A stretch of 64,000 nucleotides of DNA, from assembly GCA_010093995.1 (NCBI GenBank), contig ML992507.1, forward strand, positions 1 to 64,000, in the 5' to 3' direction. The notes under the pieces are model-generated. The model saw only the letters and a list, made by a program, of their open reading frames with translations. It was not told the origin of the DNA and made no database searches. Below are positions 60,667-64,000 of the stretch, piece by piece. The number at the start of each line of letters is the position of its first letter. The stretch's first letter is position 1. The stretch comes from Elsinoe ampelina. Taxonomy: Eukaryota. A program made the position numbers and the translations under genes.

Positions 60667-63247
60667 ATGGCCGACACAAGACCACGTGACACTTCCGCCA
60701 TCCTCTCCCTCCTCACCCTCGAAGAAAAAGTCTCCCTCCTCGCCGCGACCGACTGGTGGCGCACTCCAGCCATCGACCGACCAGAAGTCTTCGTCCCGCA
60801 AATCAAGGTACCAACCACCACTCCCTCTCCCCATTCACCACCTCTAACATTCCCCCCAGACCACCGACGGCCCCAACGGCGCCCGCGGCGAATCCTACGT
60901 CTCGGGCATCAAAGCCGCCTGTTTCCCCTGCGGCACCTCCACGGGCGCCACCTTCGACAAAGAGCTCCTCCACAATATCGGGGTCCACATCGCCAAAGAA
61001 GCCAAGACAAAATCCGCGGACATTCTCCTCGCGCCCACGCTCAACGTGATCCGCCACCCCCTCGGCGGGCGGAACTACGAGACTTACTCCGAGGATCCGG
61101 TCGTGCTGGGCAAGCTGGCGGCGGCGTTTGTCAGGGGGTGTCAGTCCCAGGGTGTCCCCGCGACGCCGAAGCATTTCGTCGCGAACGAGGCGGAGAATGA
61201 GCGGAAGACGCTGTCGGTGGAGGTGGATGAGCAGACGTTGAGGGAGGTTTATCTGTTGCCGTTTCAGTTGGTGCTCAAGGAGTCGGAGCCGTGGTGTTTT
61301 ATGACGAGCTATAATCGGGTGAATGGGAGGTATGTGGCGGATGATTATAGGTTGGTGACGGAGGTTTTGAGGGAGGAGTGGGGGTTCAATGGGTTGGTGA
61401 TGTCGGATTGGATGGGAGTTTATTCGACTGCGCAATGCATCAATGCAGGTGTGGATTTGGAGATGCCTGGGCCGCCTAAGTGGAGGGGGAAAGCGCTTGT
61501 CGATGCGGTCCGTGATGGTCAAGTGAAAGAAGCTGTCATTGATGAGAGTGCCAGGAGAGTCATTGACATGGCCAAGTTCCTAGGCAAATTTGAGCGTCCT
61601 GATGAGCCGCCAGAGCGGGCAGTGGATGATCCAGAACGAGACGAGTTTATTGCGACTGCTGGAGCCGAAGGGATGGTACTTCTGAAGAACACTGGAGGAA
61701 TTCTACCAATCAACAGGAAATCGAAAGTGGCCATCATCGGGCACCACGCTACCCATGTGAGCTTAGGAGGCGGAGGATCAGCCAGGGTGGACGCCCTCCA
61801 TGCTGTCACTCCCCTCGAGGGCATGCAGAAGGCTGGCTTCGACGCACGAGTATCTCCCGGCATCCCAGTCTTTGGTGCCCTACCACACGCAGAGCCTTCC
61901 ATGGTGACAGATCCGGATGGCAAGACCTCACCAATCCCGGTCAAAGTGGAGTGGTTCAATAGCGCGACAATCGGCGAGAACCTCGCTCACACCGAGCAGC
62001 GACCCAACGCCGAGTACATGATCAAAGAGCAATGGCCATCCTACCTCTCCAAGAACTACTGCAGCCGTATGACCTTCACCCTCACCCCATCGCGGAGTGG
62101 CAACCACATCTTCTCTGTCGTCTCGACAGGGCGAGCACGATGTCTGATCAACGACGAAGAAGTATTCGTTCGAGACCAAGATCCGGACCTGGTGCCGGAG
62201 AGCTTCTACTTCTTCAAGTCCAAGATCGAGCGCAGATTCGATTACCGTTTGGAAGGTGGCCAGAGCTATCGCATCGTTCTGGAGTCTTTCGCCACATCGG
62301 AGCACCAATTACAGGCAGCTCCGTTATTCGGCAGACTATTCCAGGGATCTGCTTTGCGCTTTCATGAGGAGATTGATGTACCGCAACTCTTGGCTGATGC
62401 TTCCGATGCAGCCAAAGCATCGGACATCGCTGTTGTGTTCGTCGGGACGACCAACGAGATCGAGTCTGAAGGCTTCGACAGGGATAATATGCTGCTCCCC
62501 TCCCAGCAGTACGACCTGATCAAGGCTGTTGTGGCGGCGAACCCGCGAACATGCGTGGTCAACTTCTCCGGAGCAGCTGTGGATGTCACACCTTTCATAG
62601 ACCAGGTTCCGGCATTTGTGCAAGCTGCGTTTCCCGGGCAAGAGTGCGGACACTCAGTAGCGAAAGTTTTGTCTGGCGAGGTGAACCCATGCGGCCGTCT
62701 ACCATACAGCTGGCCCAGACGGCTGGAGGATTGCTCTTCGCACAACAATTTTCCTGTCAAGAACGGCAAGTTGAGATACGAAGAGGGCTTGGATGTTGGG
62801 TACAGGTGGCATGACCGAGAAGAAGCACCGGACGCCCTCTTCGCATTTGGGTCGGGGGAAAGCTATACCACTTTCGAGATAGAAGGCGTAAGATGCGAGC
62901 CCACACCCAAAGATATGGAGACGGAGATCAAATTCCAGGTCAAGAACACTGGATCGGTCTTTGGAAAGGTGATAGTACAAATATATGTGTCTGGATCATC
63001 AGAGGTTGGCCGGAAGAGACCGGTCAAAGAGCTGAAGGACTTTGTCAAAGTCGGGCTGGAACCAGGGGGGTCTCGTGAGTGCAACCTGCTTCTTGACAAG
63101 TATGCTGTAAGCGTATACGATGGTCAAGAGGGTTGTTGGGTGGCGCAGCAAGGAGCGTACAAGGTGTTTGTCGGTCTGTCATCGGTGGATATCAAGGCGG
63201 AAGTCGACTTTGAGCTGGCAAAAACTGTACAATGGCGAGGAGTATAG
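60667..63247 (+). CDS. Intracellular GH3 beta-glucosidase (with PA14 and FnIII domains)
   Basis: LTLEEKVSLLA, TDGPNGARG, GGRNYETYSEDP, KHFVANE, VMSDW (nucleophile Asp) and ESEGFDR motifs; no signal peptide; intron at 60808-60859. Confidence 0.93.
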
Positions 63248-63251
63248 AGCA

Positions 63252-64000
63252 CTATGGACTGTCCCATGTCTCTTTTGCTTTCCCAGTAGTGGGATCTAAG
63301 CTCAAGAATGCAACCAGATTGCCGATTATCTCCGCTTCGTCGTTCTCCGGCGGCAACATGCCAAACTTTGCCCACAAATCGCCGTCCACTGCCACGTCGT
63401 CTGCCTCCTTGAAATTGATCGAATGCGTTTGCAGAGCCCGACGCAATTCCTTCACTGATTCTCGCACCTCATGCTCGAGCCGCAGGACCTCGGAGACCTC
63501 TTCTTGTGTGTCGTTGTAAGCTTGTGCATCAGTGGCACTCTGGGATAGTCTAAGAATACACGCACTGCCCCGGAGCAGTAGAGTGAACAGCGTTCTGACG
63601 GCGGTCTCGATGTGCTCTTGATTTACGTCTAGAAATAGACGTGACTTGATGCGACGCAAGGCCTCGTTGTGCAAAGTTTTGAGGCCGGAAATACCAGTGT
63701 TGACGATGGCACCGTAAACACCCTCTTCGTTCTCGTCCTCAAGATCGTCCTGTAAAGTCTCCATAGCCGACATGAAGTCACTCCAAGGAGTGGCCACTGC
63801 CACGGAAAATGCATGTGCACACAGAGGTGCAACAATGGCCTGGCCAAGATATGCAAATCGTCGTGCGACCCGTCCCGGAAGTCCTCGCAAATCCGCCTGT
63901 CGTGATAAGAGTAATGATGATAGCCTTGTGCTGACGTAGCTTTGCCGGAGTAGCACAAGGAGCCAGCGGAAGATGTCGTCATACTGCTCCGATGAAGCCG
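63252..64000 (-). CDS. 3' part of a gene truncated by the window edge; possibly a gamma-tubulin complex component (Spc97/Spc98, GCP6-like)
   Basis: Helical C-terminus (L.TLHNEALRRI...LFL...Q..I...V..LF..LL) resembles the GRIP2 end of GCP proteins; only partial sequence is available. Confidence 0.45.
   Translation of the reverse strand, partial: ASSEQYDDIFRWLLVLLRQSYVSTRLSSLLLSRQADLRGLPGRVARRFAYLGQAIVAPLCAHAFSVAVATPWSDFMSAMETLQDDLEDENEEGVYGAIVNTGISGLKTLHNEALRRIKSRLFLDVNQEHIETAVRTLFTLLLRGSACILRLSQSATDAQAYNDTQEEVSEVLRLEHEVRESVKELRRALQTHSINFKEADDVAVDGDLWAKFGMLPPENDEAEIIGNLVAFLSLDPTTGKAKETWDSP

Noticed and set aside
1..64000. CRISPR arrays, rRNA, tRNA, prokaryotic operons or secondary-metabolite backbone genes
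   Set aside because: None seen by eye; the sequence is eukaryotic. Small ncRNAs could be missed without tRNAscan-SE or Infernal.

Overview
Eukaryotic, intron-rich fungal genomic DNA from a filamentous ascomycete (Pezizomycotina-type GT..CTAAC/CTGAC..AG introns, RIP-mutated repeats). It holds about 28 protein-coding genes, mostly conserved housekeeping or metabolic ones: RidA, kynurenine aminotransferase, ferric reductase, TatD, SPF1, GLN4, MET8, PEP7, pirin, METTL16-like, GLTP, tartrate dehydrogenase, IMP2, amidase, PTEN, CIC1/UTP30-like, RRN5, IRC3, BST1, GH47, a sugar porter with a GH3, and a partial GCP-like gene. The most notable observations are: (1) three adjacent orphan genes at 8.3-15.8 kb that appear to share an unnamed ~80-95 aa helical domain; (2) a complete 3,558-bp RIP-inactivated Tc1/mariner (DD34E) element with perfect 34-bp TIRs and a TA duplication, which also carries a second, convergent, intron-containing gene; (3) about ten recurrent C-rich to G-rich skew switches that are independent of gene strand; (4) a SPF1 start codon split by an intron; and (5) a poly-C-disrupted METTL16-like gene. 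All calls come from reading the sequence by eye, with no database searches, and exon boundaries are approximate unless stated.
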